In this document: piece after piece, positions 9,397 to 19,436 of the stretch | Layout: each line of letters begins with the position of its first letter | How positions within the stretch are numbered: the stretch's first letter is position 1 | Source: Candidatus Daviesbacteria bacterium | GTDB lineage: Bacteria > Patescibacteriota > Microgenomatia > Daviesbacterales > UBA10151 | Length of the DNA stretch: 53,158 nt | NCBI GenBank assembly: GCA_016176405.1 | Contig: JACOXG010000028.1 | Span: 1 to 53,158, forward strand | Reading direction: 5' to 3' | Notes under the pieces: model-generated | What the model was told of the DNA's origin: nothing | Seen by the model: only the letters and a program-made list of their open reading frames with translations | Database searches by the model: none | Translations under genes and position numbers: made by a program

Positions 9397-10185
9397 ATGA
9401 TTAAGGCTATTCCCAATCTTCAACTTTTTCTACTGCTTATTTTTATCAGTTTGTTTACGTTAGCCTTAGATAAATTTGAATTTTTAAGCTTACCCAAAAG
9501 ATCCCTGCTTTATCTGACCAATCCAATTTCCTTTGGAATTTATCGAACCTATCAGGATATTTATTCCCAATTTTATTTTGTTTTTGCATCCAGAAAAGCC
9601 GGACAAGAGAATAAAGCTTTAAAAGAGCAATTGGGTCAACTAATGTCGGAAAATGCCACTTTAAGAAAAAGATTGGCGGAGACTGAAAGTCTGGTAGATC
9701 AACAAGATTACTTAGACCCAGCCACCTATAATTTAATCGCTGCCCGACCGGTTGGTATTCAAAGATATTTAAGAATTGATAAAGGCTCAGATGATGGGAT
9801 AAAAGTGGATCAAGCGGTAGTTTTTAAAGACAACTTCATAGGTAAGATTGTGGAGGTAACCCCTCAATCCGCCAATGTCTTGCTTTTGCATGACCCTGAT
9901 TCCAAAGTGGCCGCCTTTTCTCAAGGGCTGGAAGGAAGAAGCAGAGGAGTATTGATTGGACAATTTGGCACAGAAACTTTAATGGATAAGATTTTACATG
10001 AGGAAAAAATTGAAGTGGGGGATTTAGTTTACTCTGAGGGAACAGAAGGTTTTTTACCAAGAGGATTAGTACTTGGTAGGGTGATCCAAGTTTTGGAGAG
10101 ACAAAATGAAGTATTTAAACAGGCCAAGGTGAAAGAGGTTTTTGATATCAGAGATTTAGAAGTGATATTTGTCATAGTGGAGTAA
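9397..10185 (+). CDS. mreC: Rod shape-determining protein MreC
   Basis: N-terminal TM, coiled coil, IDKGSDDGI and PRGLVLGRV motifs. Confidence 0.92.
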   Translation: MIKAIPNLQLFLLLIFISLFTLALDKFEFLSLPKRSLLYLTNPISFGIYRTYQDIYSQFYFVFASRKAGQENKALKEQLGQLMSENATLRKRLAETESLVDQQDYLDPATYNLIAARPVGIQRYLRIDKGSDDGIKVDQAVVFKDNFIGKIVEVTPQSANVLLLHDPDSKVAAFSQGLEGRSRGVLIGQFGTETLMDKILHEEKIEVGDLVYSEGTEGFLPRGLVLGRVIQVLERQNEVFKQAKVKEVFDIRDLEVIFVIVE

Positions 10186-10632
10186 ATGAAAACTCTCATA
10201 ATTATTCTAAATATTGCTGCTTTTTTACAAACCACTATTTTGCCTCTCAATTTGGTGGCAATTATTTTAATTTGCAGAAGCTATATCAGATCTGATAGAA
10301 CAAATCTCTTTTTGGCTTTCTTCTTTGGACTTTTGACCTCTCATTTGTCCCTCAGACCCTTGGGCTTTGATAGTTTAATTTATCTTTTAATTATTTTAAT
10401 TGTTCAACTAGTTGCCACAAGTAGACTTTCACAACACCCTTTTTGGATTTTACCAATCTCCTTTTCAGCACTCTTTCTAAACCTGATAGCTTTTCAATTA
10501 GTCAGTCATCAATCTATTCAACTTTTTCCACAAATTTTAATTGAGACCGTTCTTTCTATTCCCATTTTTTATGTTATTAAAATTTGGGAAGAGAGATTTA
10601 TAGTCAGAAAAGATATTAAATTAAGAATCTAA
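10186..10632 (+). CDS. mreD: MreD-like membrane protein
   Basis: Hydrophobic 148-aa ORF between mreC and mrdA; AFFFGLL. Confidence 0.7.
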   Translation: MKTLIIILNIAAFLQTTILPLNLVAIILICRSYIRSDRTNLFLAFFFGLLTSHLSLRPLGFDSLIYLLIILIVQLVATSRLSQHPFWILPISFSALFLNLIAFQLVSHQSIQLFPQILIETVLSIPIFYVIKIWEERFIVRKDIKLRI

Positions 10633-10635
10633 AAA

Positions 10636-12507
10636 ATGGTTATTAAAAAACGCTCTTTGGGAATTGGATTTGCAGACGAGGTATCTAAAGTAACTCTTAA
10701 AAGCAGCCAGTTTAAGAGGGGTGAGGGAGGGAATTGGACAGACACTCTGATTCCCAATTTTCAAAAATTTTTTGAGAAGGAAAAACCTCAAAGTTTATGG
10801 TTGATTGCCTTCTTTTCTGCAATTTGTCTAGTGGCCACTTTTTTGATTTTTTTGAGACTTTTTCATCTTCAAATTGTGGCAGGATCAACGAATAGAGAAT
10901 TGGCAGATGGCAACAGAATTCAAATTAAAATTATTCATGCTCCCAGAGGTGTAATTTATGACCGAGATGGTACAGTTTTAGCTGCCAACTCACCAGCTTT
11001 TAGATTGGTGGATCCTAAGACCCAAAAGGTAAGATTAATCAGCCGCGAGGAGGCTTTGGCCATGGAGGTAAAAAATGATCCGGTAGTGGCGGATTTGGAA
11101 ATAGATAATGTGCGCACTTATCCTTTAGGTAAGAACTTGGCCCATGTAGTTGGATTTGTAGGTGAGATCTCAGAGGAACAAATAAAAAGCGAGCAGTTTA
11201 AAAGTTATAAGTTAGGAGATATGATTGGTCAATTGGGTGTGGAGGCTCAATATGAAGAAATCCTTAGAGGGAAAGACGGAGGAGAAATTATTGAGGTTGA
11301 TTCCCAGGGCCAAAGAGTGAGGACCTTAAGACGTAATGCCCCCATTCCGGGCAAAGATATTTATCTGACCATTGAGGGTGATTTACAAACTAAAATTGCC
11401 GCAATTGCTAAAGAAACGCTCAAGAAAGTGAGTTCTTGTTGCGGAGCTATTGTAGTGATGGATCCTCAAAACGGAGGAGTGTTAGCTTTGCTGTCCTTTC
11501 CTTCGTTTGACCCTAATTTGATTACCCAAAAACAGGATGAGGCAGCCATCCAGCAAATTTTTGCTGATACTACCTCCCCCATGTTGAATAGAGCAATTGG
11601 TGGAACTTATCCGCCTGGATCTACTTTTAAAATAGTCTCATCTTTGGCAGCTCTTGCTTCCGGAAAAATTAGTCCACAAACCACTTTTCAAGACAATGGA
11701 GTAGTTTATATTGATATCTTTAAATTTACCAATTGGTATTTTAATCAGTACGGCAGGACAGAAGGTCCGGTTAATCTAGTCAAAGCCATCAAGAGATCTA
11801 ATGATACTTATTTTTATGAGGCGGCCAAAATTTTGGGAGAAGGTCCTTTAATTGATTGGTCAAGAAAGTTACTTCTGGGATCGAAATTAGGCATTGATTT
11901 ACCAGGGGAGGAGCAGGGATTGGTGCCTGATGATCAGTGGAAGAGGAAAACTTTTAATGAGGTTTGGTTTCCAGGGGACACTTTGCATATGGCCATCGGT
12001 CAGGGGTTTGTTTTAACCACGCCCTTACAAATTTTGGGAGTAACCTCATATATTGCAGCTGATGGTGTTTTATACCAACCTCAACTTCTCAGTAAAGTCG
12101 CTGAAGGAGATAAGATAGTTTCCGAGTTTTCCTCAAAACTACTACTTTCCAATCTGGCCAATCAAGATCATATTAAAATTATCAAACAAGGATTGGTTGA
12201 GGCAGCCAGCAGTGGCGGAACCGCCTGGCCCATGTTTATTTTCCCCATTGAGACGGCTGGTAAAACTGGTACTGCCGAATATGGGGATCCCAAAAATCGG
12301 ACTCATGCTTGGTATACTGGATATGCTCCATCTGTTGATCCAAAAATTGTCATGACAGTATTAATAGAAGGTGGAGGAGAGGGATCATCGGTGGCTGCCC
12401 CGATTGTTAAAGAGACTTTCCGTTGGTATTTATCAGAGGATAAAAATAAATTAATTAAAGATATATACAATGTGGCAACAGAATCAGCCAGAACTTTGGG
12501 AGAATGA
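10636..12507 (+). CDS. mrdA: Penicillin-binding protein 2
   Basis: APRGVIYDRDG, PPGSTFK (SxxK), SND and KTGTAE motifs. Confidence 0.95.
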   Translation: MVIKKRSLGIGFADEVSKVTLKSSQFKRGEGGNWTDTLIPNFQKFFEKEKPQSLWLIAFFSAICLVATFLIFLRLFHLQIVAGSTNRELADGNRIQIKIIHAPRGVIYDRDGTVLAANSPAFRLVDPKTQKVRLISREEALAMEVKNDPVVADLEIDNVRTYPLGKNLAHVVGFVGEISEEQIKSEQFKSYKLGDMIGQLGVEAQYEEILRGKDGGEIIEVDSQGQRVRTLRRNAPIPGKDIYLTIEGDLQTKIAAIAKETLKKVSSCCGAIVVMDPQNGGVLALLSFPSFDPNLITQKQDEAAIQQIFADTTSPMLNRAIGGTYPPGSTFKIVSSLAALASGKISPQTTFQDNGVVYIDIFKFTNWYFNQYGRTEGPVNLVKAIKRSNDTYFYEAAKILGEGPLIDWSRKLLLGSKLGIDLPGEEQGLVPDDQWKRKTFNEVWFPGDTLHMAIGQGFVLTTPLQILGVTSYIAADGVLYQPQLLSKVAEGDKIVSEFSSKLLLSNLANQDHIKIIKQGLVEAASSGGTAWPMFIFPIETAGKTGTAEYGDPKNRTHAWYTGYAPSVDPKIVMTVLIEGGGEGSSVAAPIVKETFRWYLSEDKNKLIKDIYNVATESARTLGE

Positions 12508-12508
12508 T

Positions 12509-13597
12509 ATGAACAACATACCGTATCTTTTAGCGCTACATTCTATAGATGGTTTAGGGCCGATTAGACTAAAAGCTCTTATTGAATATTTTAAAGATCC
12601 CAAGTTGGCTTGGGAGGCTGATTTAAAACAGATCAGGGAGATTGGTATACCACAATCAACAGTTGAACTTTTGGTAGAGACGAGAAAAAAGTTGGATCCT
12701 GAAAAATATGCCCAATCAATTAGCAATTCCGGTATCAAATGGTTGACCATTTTTGATGAAGAATATCCCAAACTGCTTAAGGAAATTTATGATCCACCAA
12801 TTGTCTTGTACTATAAGGGAGAAATCTTACCTAAAGACGACAAGGCCATTGCCATTGTGGGGACCAGAAAAATGACTGGTTATGGTAAAGCTGTGACAGA
12901 ACAGTTTACTCAAGGTCTGGTGGATGGTGGATTAACCATTGTTTCGGGACTGGCCAGGGGGGTTGATAGCTTGGCTCATCAAACAGTTTTAAAAGAGGAT
13001 GGCCGGACCATAGCTGTATTAGGTGGAGGATTAAATTATATTTTTCCTCCGGAGAATACTGAGTTGGCCAATAAGATCTCTCAAGGTTTTGGGGCCATCA
13101 TCAGCGAATTCCCTCCCAACTATCCATCTTTGGCTGGTAATTTCCCTGCCAGAAATAGGATTATTTCCGGATTGTCTTTGGCAGTTTTGGTGACAGAGGC
13201 AGCAGAGGATTCCGGCTCTTTAATTACAGCCAGATTGGCATTAGAACAAGGCAGGGAAGTGTTTGCTGTTCCTGGACCGATTACCTCAACTTTATCCAAA
13301 GGACCAATTGATTTAATTAAAGAGGGGGCCAAAGTGGTGACAGATCCACAGGAAATTTTGGATGATTTGGGAATAAGTCAAGGGGTAAGGGTAAAGGTTA
13401 AAGGGGAAAGTGAGCTTGAGTTATCTGATGATGAGAAAAAGATTTTGGATTATTTGGAAAATGAAACTAGACATATTGATGAGGTTTGTCGGAGTTTAAA
13501 TTTGTCAGCCGCACAAGTGTCTGCCAGTTTAGTCAAAATGGAAATTAAAGGTATAGTTAGAAATTTAGGTAATGGAATTTATACTGAAGCTTCCTAG
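12509..13597 (+). CDS. dprA: DNA processing protein DprA
   Basis: AIVGTR, VSGLARGVD, FPARNRIISGLS and SGSLITA motifs; probable start MNNIPY. Confidence 0.96.
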   Translation: MNNIPYLLALHSIDGLGPIRLKALIEYFKDPKLAWEADLKQIREIGIPQSTVELLVETRKKLDPEKYAQSISNSGIKWLTIFDEEYPKLLKEIYDPPIVLYYKGEILPKDDKAIAIVGTRKMTGYGKAVTEQFTQGLVDGGLTIVSGLARGVDSLAHQTVLKEDGRTIAVLGGGLNYIFPPENTELANKISQGFGAIISEFPPNYPSLAGNFPARNRIISGLSLAVLVTEAAEDSGSLITARLALEQGREVFAVPGPITSTLSKGPIDLIKEGAKVVTDPQEILDDLGISQGVRVKVKGESELELSDDEKKILDYLENETRHIDEVCRSLNLSAAQVSASLVKMEIKGIVRNLGNGIYTEAS

Positions 13598-13633
13598 TGT
13601 ATTACAAAACATCCTTTATGAGATAATAGACTC

Positions 13634-13978
13634 ATGCCTAAACAGATGCTTTTAATACTGGCCTTGGCTGTGATTACTGCCTCGGCTATTATTGCTTTGT
13701 CCCAGACTAATCCAGCTCCTGTCAAAAAAAGTCAGATTGATACAGCTGTTAATCAGGCCAAACTTCTCTACAATTCGGAAAAACAAAGGGGTAGAGATTT
13801 TTCAAATGGGCCATGTCTGTCCAATGCCTTAATGCCCGGCTGGGTGGTGGATATTGCACACAATCCCAGACAGGAGATTGATAATTTGGTGGAAAATCAG
13901 TGTGCCGCCTTTGTGGAAGGGTCGGCCCAACATTTTGTCGAATTGGATATTAATGGGAATTTAATTAGAGCAAAGTGA
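13634..13978 (+). CDS. Exported hypothetical protein
   Basis: Signal-peptide-like N-terminus, two Cys (GPCLS, NQC). Confidence 0.75.
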   Translation: MPKQMLLILALAVITASAIIALSQTNPAPVKKSQIDTAVNQAKLLYNSEKQRGRDFSNGPCLSNALMPGWVVDIAHNPRQEIDNLVENQCAAFVEGSAQHFVELDINGNLIRAK

Positions 13979-16434
13979 CAAATAAAATGCAAAAATATCT
14001 GTCCTTACCAATACAACTGATTTATTTTTGGTATCCCGCGGGATTGAATTTCTTTTTAAAGCTGTGGAAAAATTTAATTCTTTATTTGGAAGAAGACTTG
14101 GCAGTGGGACTCATGATCAAGCTTATCTTTGTCCCCTTATTTCATGACTCATCAATTGTAGGTAGAATTTTAAGCTTTTTATTTAGAAGTTTTAGAATTT
14201 TAGTGGGACTTTTTGCTTTTACCTTGGCTACCCTATTAGTTTTGGCTTTAGCTGTCTATTGGTTTGCTCTGCCGGCCTTGGCTATTTTAGATAAACCACT
14301 TTTTTTAAGCCAGGCCATTCTTTTAGCAGGCTTAGGAATTTTTATTTTGGAAATTATTTTAAATCCCCACAAAAAAGTTTGGCAAATTAAAAATGGAAAT
14401 CCTTGGCTCTCATCACTAATTAAAAGAGAAGATCTATCTGCAAAAAAATTGCTACAAAGTAGAGAGGTTGTAAGTTTGCTGGAAAATTTGGAAATTGCCG
14501 CAAGTCAAATACCCAATTTTGAAATCTCTGATATCGATAGTCTAGGTCAAAATGCATATGAAATGGCCAAAAAAAATGGCGCCCCATATATCACTGCTGC
14601 TCATTTTTTTGTGACCACTTTAAAAGAGTTGCCCAATATCGATCAATATTTGCTCAAATTTGAATTGACCATGGAAGATTTTGAGAAAACATTGACTTTT
14701 TTGGATTTAAAAAGAGACAGTTGGAGAAAGGTGTGGATTTGGGAGGAAGATTTTACGATACATCACTTAAAAGGAGTCAACCGCGGCTGGCTAGGGGTGC
14801 CTACCCCCAGTTTGGATTTGATTTCCCAAGATTTAACTAAAGAAGCTGCCAGCAAAGGTTTTGCTGATTTTATCAGGAACAATAATGTGGTGTCGGAAAT
14901 TATCAATATTTTGTCGCAAAAAACTGGTAGAAATGTGGTGATTGTCGGACCGGCTGGTTCTGGTAAGAGCGCCTTGGTTAAACATCTGGCTAAACAGATT
15001 GTCAAAGGTGATGCCCCTGCTGCCATGGCTACTAAAAGATTGGTCCTTTTGGATTTGGTCAAACTTTTATCGGGCATTAACTCTCAGGGAGAGCTGGCAG
15101 ACAGAGTTAAAAATATTTTTGATGAAGTTTCATTTGCGGAAAATGTCATAATCGTGATTGAGGAAATCCATGAACTGGGTTTGGGAGAAGCGGGAGCCCA
15201 GTATAACCTTTATTCTTTAATGGAACCATACTTGGAATCAGATGCTTTTCAGTTTATGGCCACAACAGAAGTAGAAAATTACTCTAGAATTTTGGAGAAA
15301 AATTCCTCCTTTGCCAGACTGTTTATTAAGGTGGAACTTCCTCCTGCCACAGAAGATGATAGCTTAAAGATTTTGCAAGACCGGGCTATCATTACAGAAA
15401 GAAAAGAAAAAATTAAAATAACCTACCTAGCTTTAAAAACAGCAGTTAATTTGGCAGCTCGTTTTATCCATGATCGGGTTTTGCCAGATTCTGCCATCTC
15501 TGTCGTTAAGGAAGCTCAAACTCAGGCCATGGCAGGTTGGGTCAAAAAGGATACTATCAGACGGGTGATTGAGCAAAGAAGCAAAATACCGATGGTGGAG
15601 GTGGGAAATGTGGATAAAGGCAGACTGTTGAATTTGGAGTCGGAGATACATAATATCTTTATTGGCCAAGAGCAGGCGGTCAAACTGGTTTCAGATACCT
15701 TAAGAAGATCAGTGACTGGGCTTCGGGAAGGGAATAGACCAATTGGCTCATTTCTTTTTGTAGGGCCAACCGGGGTGGGAAAAACAGAGCTGGCTAAAAC
15801 TTTGGCCAAAGTTTACTTTAAAAACGAAGGGGCCTTTATCAGATTTGACATGTCAGAATATCAATCAGCAGAATCAGTGAGTCGGTTGATCGGTGGGTCA
15901 GAGACAGAAGGACAGCTGACAGAGGCTGTCCGGAATAGACCATATGCCTTGTTACTTTTAGATGAGTTTGAAAAGGCAGATCCAAAGATTTTAACTTTGT
16001 TTTTACAGGTTTTGGAAGATGGTCGGTTAACTGATAGTGCTGGTAGAACAGTTGATTTTACCAACACCATTATTATTGCTACCTCTAATGCAGCATCCTT
16101 AACAATTGCTAAAGGATTGGAATCTGGTCAGACTTTGGAACAATTAGACAAGCCGGTTAATGATGAGTTATTACAAATTTTTAAACCAGAGCTGATCAAC
16201 AGGTTTGATGATGTGGTGTTGTTTAGGCCTTTAAATCAACAAGAGTTACAATTAGTAGAATTTGATGATCAGCTAGTTAGTGAATTAGCAAGGAGGGGCT
16301 ATGACCCAGTTTTAGGAGCAAGACCTTTAAGAAGACTAATTCAAGATACCCTAGAGGCCAACCTTTCCAGAATGATTTTGGAAAATAAATTAAATAAAGG
16401 ACAAACTTTTAATGCAGGGGTAGATCTTCTATGA
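13975..16434 (+). CDS. ClpA/ClpB-family AAA+ ATPase with N-terminal transmembrane region
   Basis: GPAGSGKS and GPTGVGKT Walker A motifs, RFDMSEY, LLDEFEKA, LGARPLRR; hydrophobic N-terminus. Confidence 0.9.
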   Translation: MTNKMQKYLSLPIQLIYFWYPAGLNFFLKLWKNLILYLEEDLAVGLMIKLIFVPLFHDSSIVGRILSFLFRSFRILVGLFAFTLATLLVLALAVYWFALPALAILDKPLFLSQAILLAGLGIFILEIILNPHKKVWQIKNGNPWLSSLIKREDLSAKKLLQSREVVSLLENLEIAASQIPNFEISDIDSLGQNAYEMAKKNGAPYITAAHFFVTTLKELPNIDQYLLKFELTMEDFEKTLTFLDLKRDSWRKVWIWEEDFTIHHLKGVNRGWLGVPTPSLDLISQDLTKEAASKGFADFIRNNNVVSEIINILSQKTGRNVVIVGPAGSGKSALVKHLAKQIVKGDAPAAMATKRLVLLDLVKLLSGINSQGELADRVKNIFDEVSFAENVIIVIEEIHELGLGEAGAQYNLYSLMEPYLESDAFQFMATTEVENYSRILEKNSSFARLFIKVELPPATEDDSLKILQDRAIITERKEKIKITYLALKTAVNLAARFIHDRVLPDSAISVVKEAQTQAMAGWVKKDTIRRVIEQRSKIPMVEVGNVDKGRLLNLESEIHNIFIGQEQAVKLVSDTLRRSVTGLREGNRPIGSFLFVGPTGVGKTELAKTLAKVYFKNEGAFIRFDMSEYQSAESVSRLIGGSETEGQLTEAVRNRPYALLLLDEFEKADPKILTLFLQVLEDGRLTDSAGRTVDFTNTIIIATSNAASLTIAKGLESGQTLEQLDKPVNDELLQIFKPELINRFDDVVLFRPLNQQELQLVEFDDQLVSELARRGYDPVLGARPLRRLIQDTLEANLSRMILENKLNKGQTFNAGVDLL

Positions 16435-16773
16435 AAAAGGGTTACAGTTTTTTATTATTTTTACTGTTCACTGTAACCTGTACCCTGTCCACTGTCTATG
16501 CATCTAGTCTATATGATATAAATCAGAAAGTCTGCACAAGATTTGAGGAGGATGTTTCAAGACTTGCTGCTATTATGGAAGAGTTAAGAAGAAGAAAAGG
16601 AATACAAGAAACCAGGGTGGCTTTTGGGAATGTGGATTTATGCAGCAGAGGCAATTGCCTATCAGCGGGCTAAAGATTTTTCCTCAGCAGGAACACTTAG
16701 GTCAAATTTGGAAAATTTAAAGGGGAAAGTTTTAAAGGCAAAGGGAGAGGTGAAAAAAGCACTGAATGAATAA
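16431..16773 (+). pseudogene. Exported hypothetical protein, frameshifted near 16636
   Basis: Signal-like N-terminus; an alternate frame continues YAAEAIAYQRAK...KKALNE* to 16773. Confidence 0.55.
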
Positions 16774-17026
16774 GAAGATTCTATTACTGGTTACCTTCCT
16801 TATAATAATAGTAGGAATATGGTGGTTTTTGATGGGACAAGGTGATAAGACAAAGGGTTTGGTTAGTCCCCAACTTCCCAAAATTTTTAATAAATCAACC
16901 CCTATCCCGGAGCCAACAGCAGTTCCGCCAAATGCTCCCAAAACTTTTCAATTTGATGAATCAACTGATTTAGAAGCAGAGTTAGAAAAAATTAATCCTC
17001 AAGTTTTAGATAGTGATTTTGAGTGA
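16766..17026 (+). CDS. Small membrane-anchored Pro-rich hypothetical protein
   Basis: N-terminal TM, PTAVPP linker. Confidence 0.75.
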   Translation: MNKKILLLVTFLIIIVGIWWFLMGQGDKTKGLVSPQLPKIFNKSTPIPEPTAVPPNAPKTFQFDESTDLEAELEKINPQVLDSDFE

Positions 17027-17075
17027 TAAGTATTGACAACTCTTATACAATTACCCCACAGTAATATTTAATAAC

Positions 17076-19190
17076 ATGCAAAATTTAGTTATTGTTGAAT
17101 CACCTACTAAAGCCAGGACTCTCCAAAAGTATTTGGGAGATCAATATCAAATTGAGGCCTCTATGGGGCATGTTCGAGATTTGCCAAAATCTGATTTTGG
17201 GGTGGATGTAGAGCATGATTTTGAGCCGCAATATGTCATTCCCAGAGATAAAAGGAAAATGGTTAATCAGTTAAAAAAGGTGGCAGAATTAGCTAAGAAT
17301 TTGTGGCTTGCTACAGATCCTGATAGAGAAGGAGAGGCAATTGCTTGGCATTTAGGAAAAGTGATAAGTGAAAAGGGAGGGATGGGTCAGGAAATTAAAC
17401 GTGTTATTTTTCATGAAATTACAGAGGATGCAATTAAAGAGGCTTTTAAAAATCCCAGACAAATAAATCTTAAATTGGTTGATGCTCAACAAGCCAGAAG
17501 AGTTTTGGATAGATTGGTGGGTTATAAACTTTCCCCCTTACTATGGCAAAAAGTTAAAAAGGGTTTATCTGCAGGGAGAGTACAATCAGTGGCTTTAAGA
17601 TTAATTGTGGAAAGAGAAAGAGAGATCTCTGCTTTTAAAGCAGTGGAATACTGGGTTATTGAGGCAGAACTTAGCAAACACCTCCGAGGTGAGACTGGAG
17701 TTGCACCTAGTGCGCACCTCGGAGGTGAAGTCAAGGAGGCGTTTATTGCCACTTTGATTGAACAAAATGGTAAAAAACTGGCTATTAAAAATGAGCAAAG
17801 CTCTTACGAAAAAAATCAGAGATTTTTTATTCGTAATAAAGAAGAAGCAGACGGACATGTTGCCAATTTAGCAAAGGCTAGTTATGTTGTGTCCAAAATT
17901 ACTCAAAAAGAAGTCAGAAGATATCCCTACCCTCCTTTTACTACCTCCACCATGCAACAGGGAGCTGCTAATAGATTAGGATTTTCTGCTAAAAAAACTA
18001 TGATGCTGGCACAGGCCTTATATGAAAGGGGACTGATTACTTATATGAGAACAGATTCATTTAATTTGGCCCCCTCAGCCATTGTTTCTGCCAGAAATTA
18101 CATTGGGCAAAAATTTGGTAAAGCCTATTTGCCCTCTGCTCCTAGATTGTATAAATCCAAATCTAAAAATGTGCAGGAAGCTCATGAGGCCATCAGAGTA
18201 ACGGATGTCAAACGTCAGAGTTCAGATATCAGACAACAGGGGGGTTTAAACAGAGATCATGTTAGATTATATGATTTGATTTGGAAGCGCTTTTTGGCTT
18301 GTCAGATGAGTGAGGCAGTTTTGGATCAGACCACAGTGGATGTCCAAGCTCACCTCCGAGGTGAGCCAAAGGTTTCGTCAGGCGCACACCTCGGAGGTGT
18401 AACCTATCTTTTAAGGGCAACTGGCTCTGTAATTAAATTCGAGGGATGGTTGAAATTATATGGCAAGGAAGCAGAAGAAAATGAAGATGAGAAAAAACAA
18501 CTACTCCCATCTCTTTCGGAAAATCAACCACTTAATCTTATTCAACTACTCCCATCTCAGCACTTCACAGAACCGCCTCCCAGATATACAGAAGCAACTT
18601 TGATTAAAAAGCTGGAAGAATTGGGTATTGGTCGGCCTTCCACTTATGCTCCGATTTTATCTACCATTCAAGATAGATTTTATGTGGAAAAACAGGAGAG
18701 AAAATTCGTGCCCACCTCCTTAGGTTTTGCAGTGACAGATTTTGTGGTCAAATATTTTCCTGATATTGTTGATTATTCATTTACTGCTCAGTTAGAAGAT
18801 GAGCTGGATGAAATAGCCAGAGGAGAAAGAGAATGGAGACCAACCATTAGAGAATTTTATACTCCTTTTGAAAAAAAGCTTGAGGAAACTGCTCAAGATG
18901 CTGAGAAAGTAAAAATGGTGGTGGAATATGCGGGGAAGAAATGCCCCGAGTGTGGAAAAGAATTAATAGTAAGAATAGGGAAATTTGGCAAATTCTTAGC
19001 ATGTTCAGGTTTCCCGGATTGTCGCCATACTGAGAGTATTGAAGAAACAATTAATATTAAATGTCCCGAAGATGGTGGAGAAATAGTGGTTAGAAAAACC
19101 AGAAGAGGAAAAACTTTTTATGGCTGTAAAAACTGGCCAGTCTGCAAATTTGCTTCCTGGACCAAACCAAAGGCAAGTAAGCAATCTTGA
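17076..19190 (+). CDS. topA: DNA topoisomerase I
   Basis: VIVESPTK, ATDPDREGE, SAGRVQS, ITYMRTDS and C-terminal Zn ribbons. Confidence 0.98.
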   Translation: MQNLVIVESPTKARTLQKYLGDQYQIEASMGHVRDLPKSDFGVDVEHDFEPQYVIPRDKRKMVNQLKKVAELAKNLWLATDPDREGEAIAWHLGKVISEKGGMGQEIKRVIFHEITEDAIKEAFKNPRQINLKLVDAQQARRVLDRLVGYKLSPLLWQKVKKGLSAGRVQSVALRLIVEREREISAFKAVEYWVIEAELSKHLRGETGVAPSAHLGGEVKEAFIATLIEQNGKKLAIKNEQSSYEKNQRFFIRNKEEADGHVANLAKASYVVSKITQKEVRRYPYPPFTTSTMQQGAANRLGFSAKKTMMLAQALYERGLITYMRTDSFNLAPSAIVSARNYIGQKFGKAYLPSAPRLYKSKSKNVQEAHEAIRVTDVKRQSSDIRQQGGLNRDHVRLYDLIWKRFLACQMSEAVLDQTTVDVQAHLRGEPKVSSGAHLGGVTYLLRATGSVIKFEGWLKLYGKEAEENEDEKKQLLPSLSENQPLNLIQLLPSQHFTEPPPRYTEATLIKKLEELGIGRPSTYAPILSTIQDRFYVEKQERKFVPTSLGFAVTDFVVKYFPDIVDYSFTAQLEDELDEIARGEREWRPTIREFYTPFEKKLEETAQDAEKVKMVVEYAGKKCPECGKELIVRIGKFGKFLACSGFPDCRHTESIEETINIKCPEDGGEIVVRKTRRGKTFYGCKNWPVCKFASWTKPKASKQS
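17679..17727. repeat. 49-bp double-palindrome element, copy 1 (in topA)
   Basis: CACCTCCGAGGTG-N23-CACCTCGGAGGTG. Confidence 0.9.
18351..18399. repeat. 49-bp double-palindrome element, copy 2 (in topA)
   Basis: CACCTCCGAGGTG-N23-CACCTCGGAGGTG. Confidence 0.9.
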
Positions 19191-19335
19191 AAGTCGCTCG
19201 TCACATCAAAAAGCACCGTTCGACTAGAAGTTCTGAATCATTAAATAGATTTTCTAGTCTCACTATGGGAAAGTTTTATGACGAGCATCTGCACATAAAA
19301 GTTTCTAATTGCTTTTATGATTGTGACTTTGCTCC
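19191..19335. repeat. ~145-bp structured intergenic repeat, copy 1
   Basis: Aligns with 23571-23718 and 26424-26570; long closing stem plus two hairpins with compensatory changes. Confidence 0.9.
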
Positions 19336-19358
19336 CTCTGCCACAACCTAATCACTTA

Positions 19359-19387
19359 TTGACTTTCAATAACTGATTTAGTAAGAT
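19359..19387 (+). promoter_or_regulatory. Sigma70-type promoter of pyrG
   Basis: TTGACT-17 bp-TAAGAT. Confidence 0.6.
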
Positions 19388-19436
19388 AATGAGGGCCTCA
19401 AAATACTCCATAATAAGAGCGGAACCCCCAAATAAA

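Noticed and set aside
17679-18399. CRISPR-like repeat-spacer-repeat reading of the 13-23-13 element
   Set aside because: Arms are inverted rather than direct repeats, only two per locus, lie inside CDSs, and no cas genes are present
19191-19335. Hammerhead ribozyme, tRNA or known riboswitch identity for the 145-bp element
   Set aside because: No CUGAnGA/GAAA core in the right topology, no cloverleaf or T-loop, and the flanking genes share no metabolite logic
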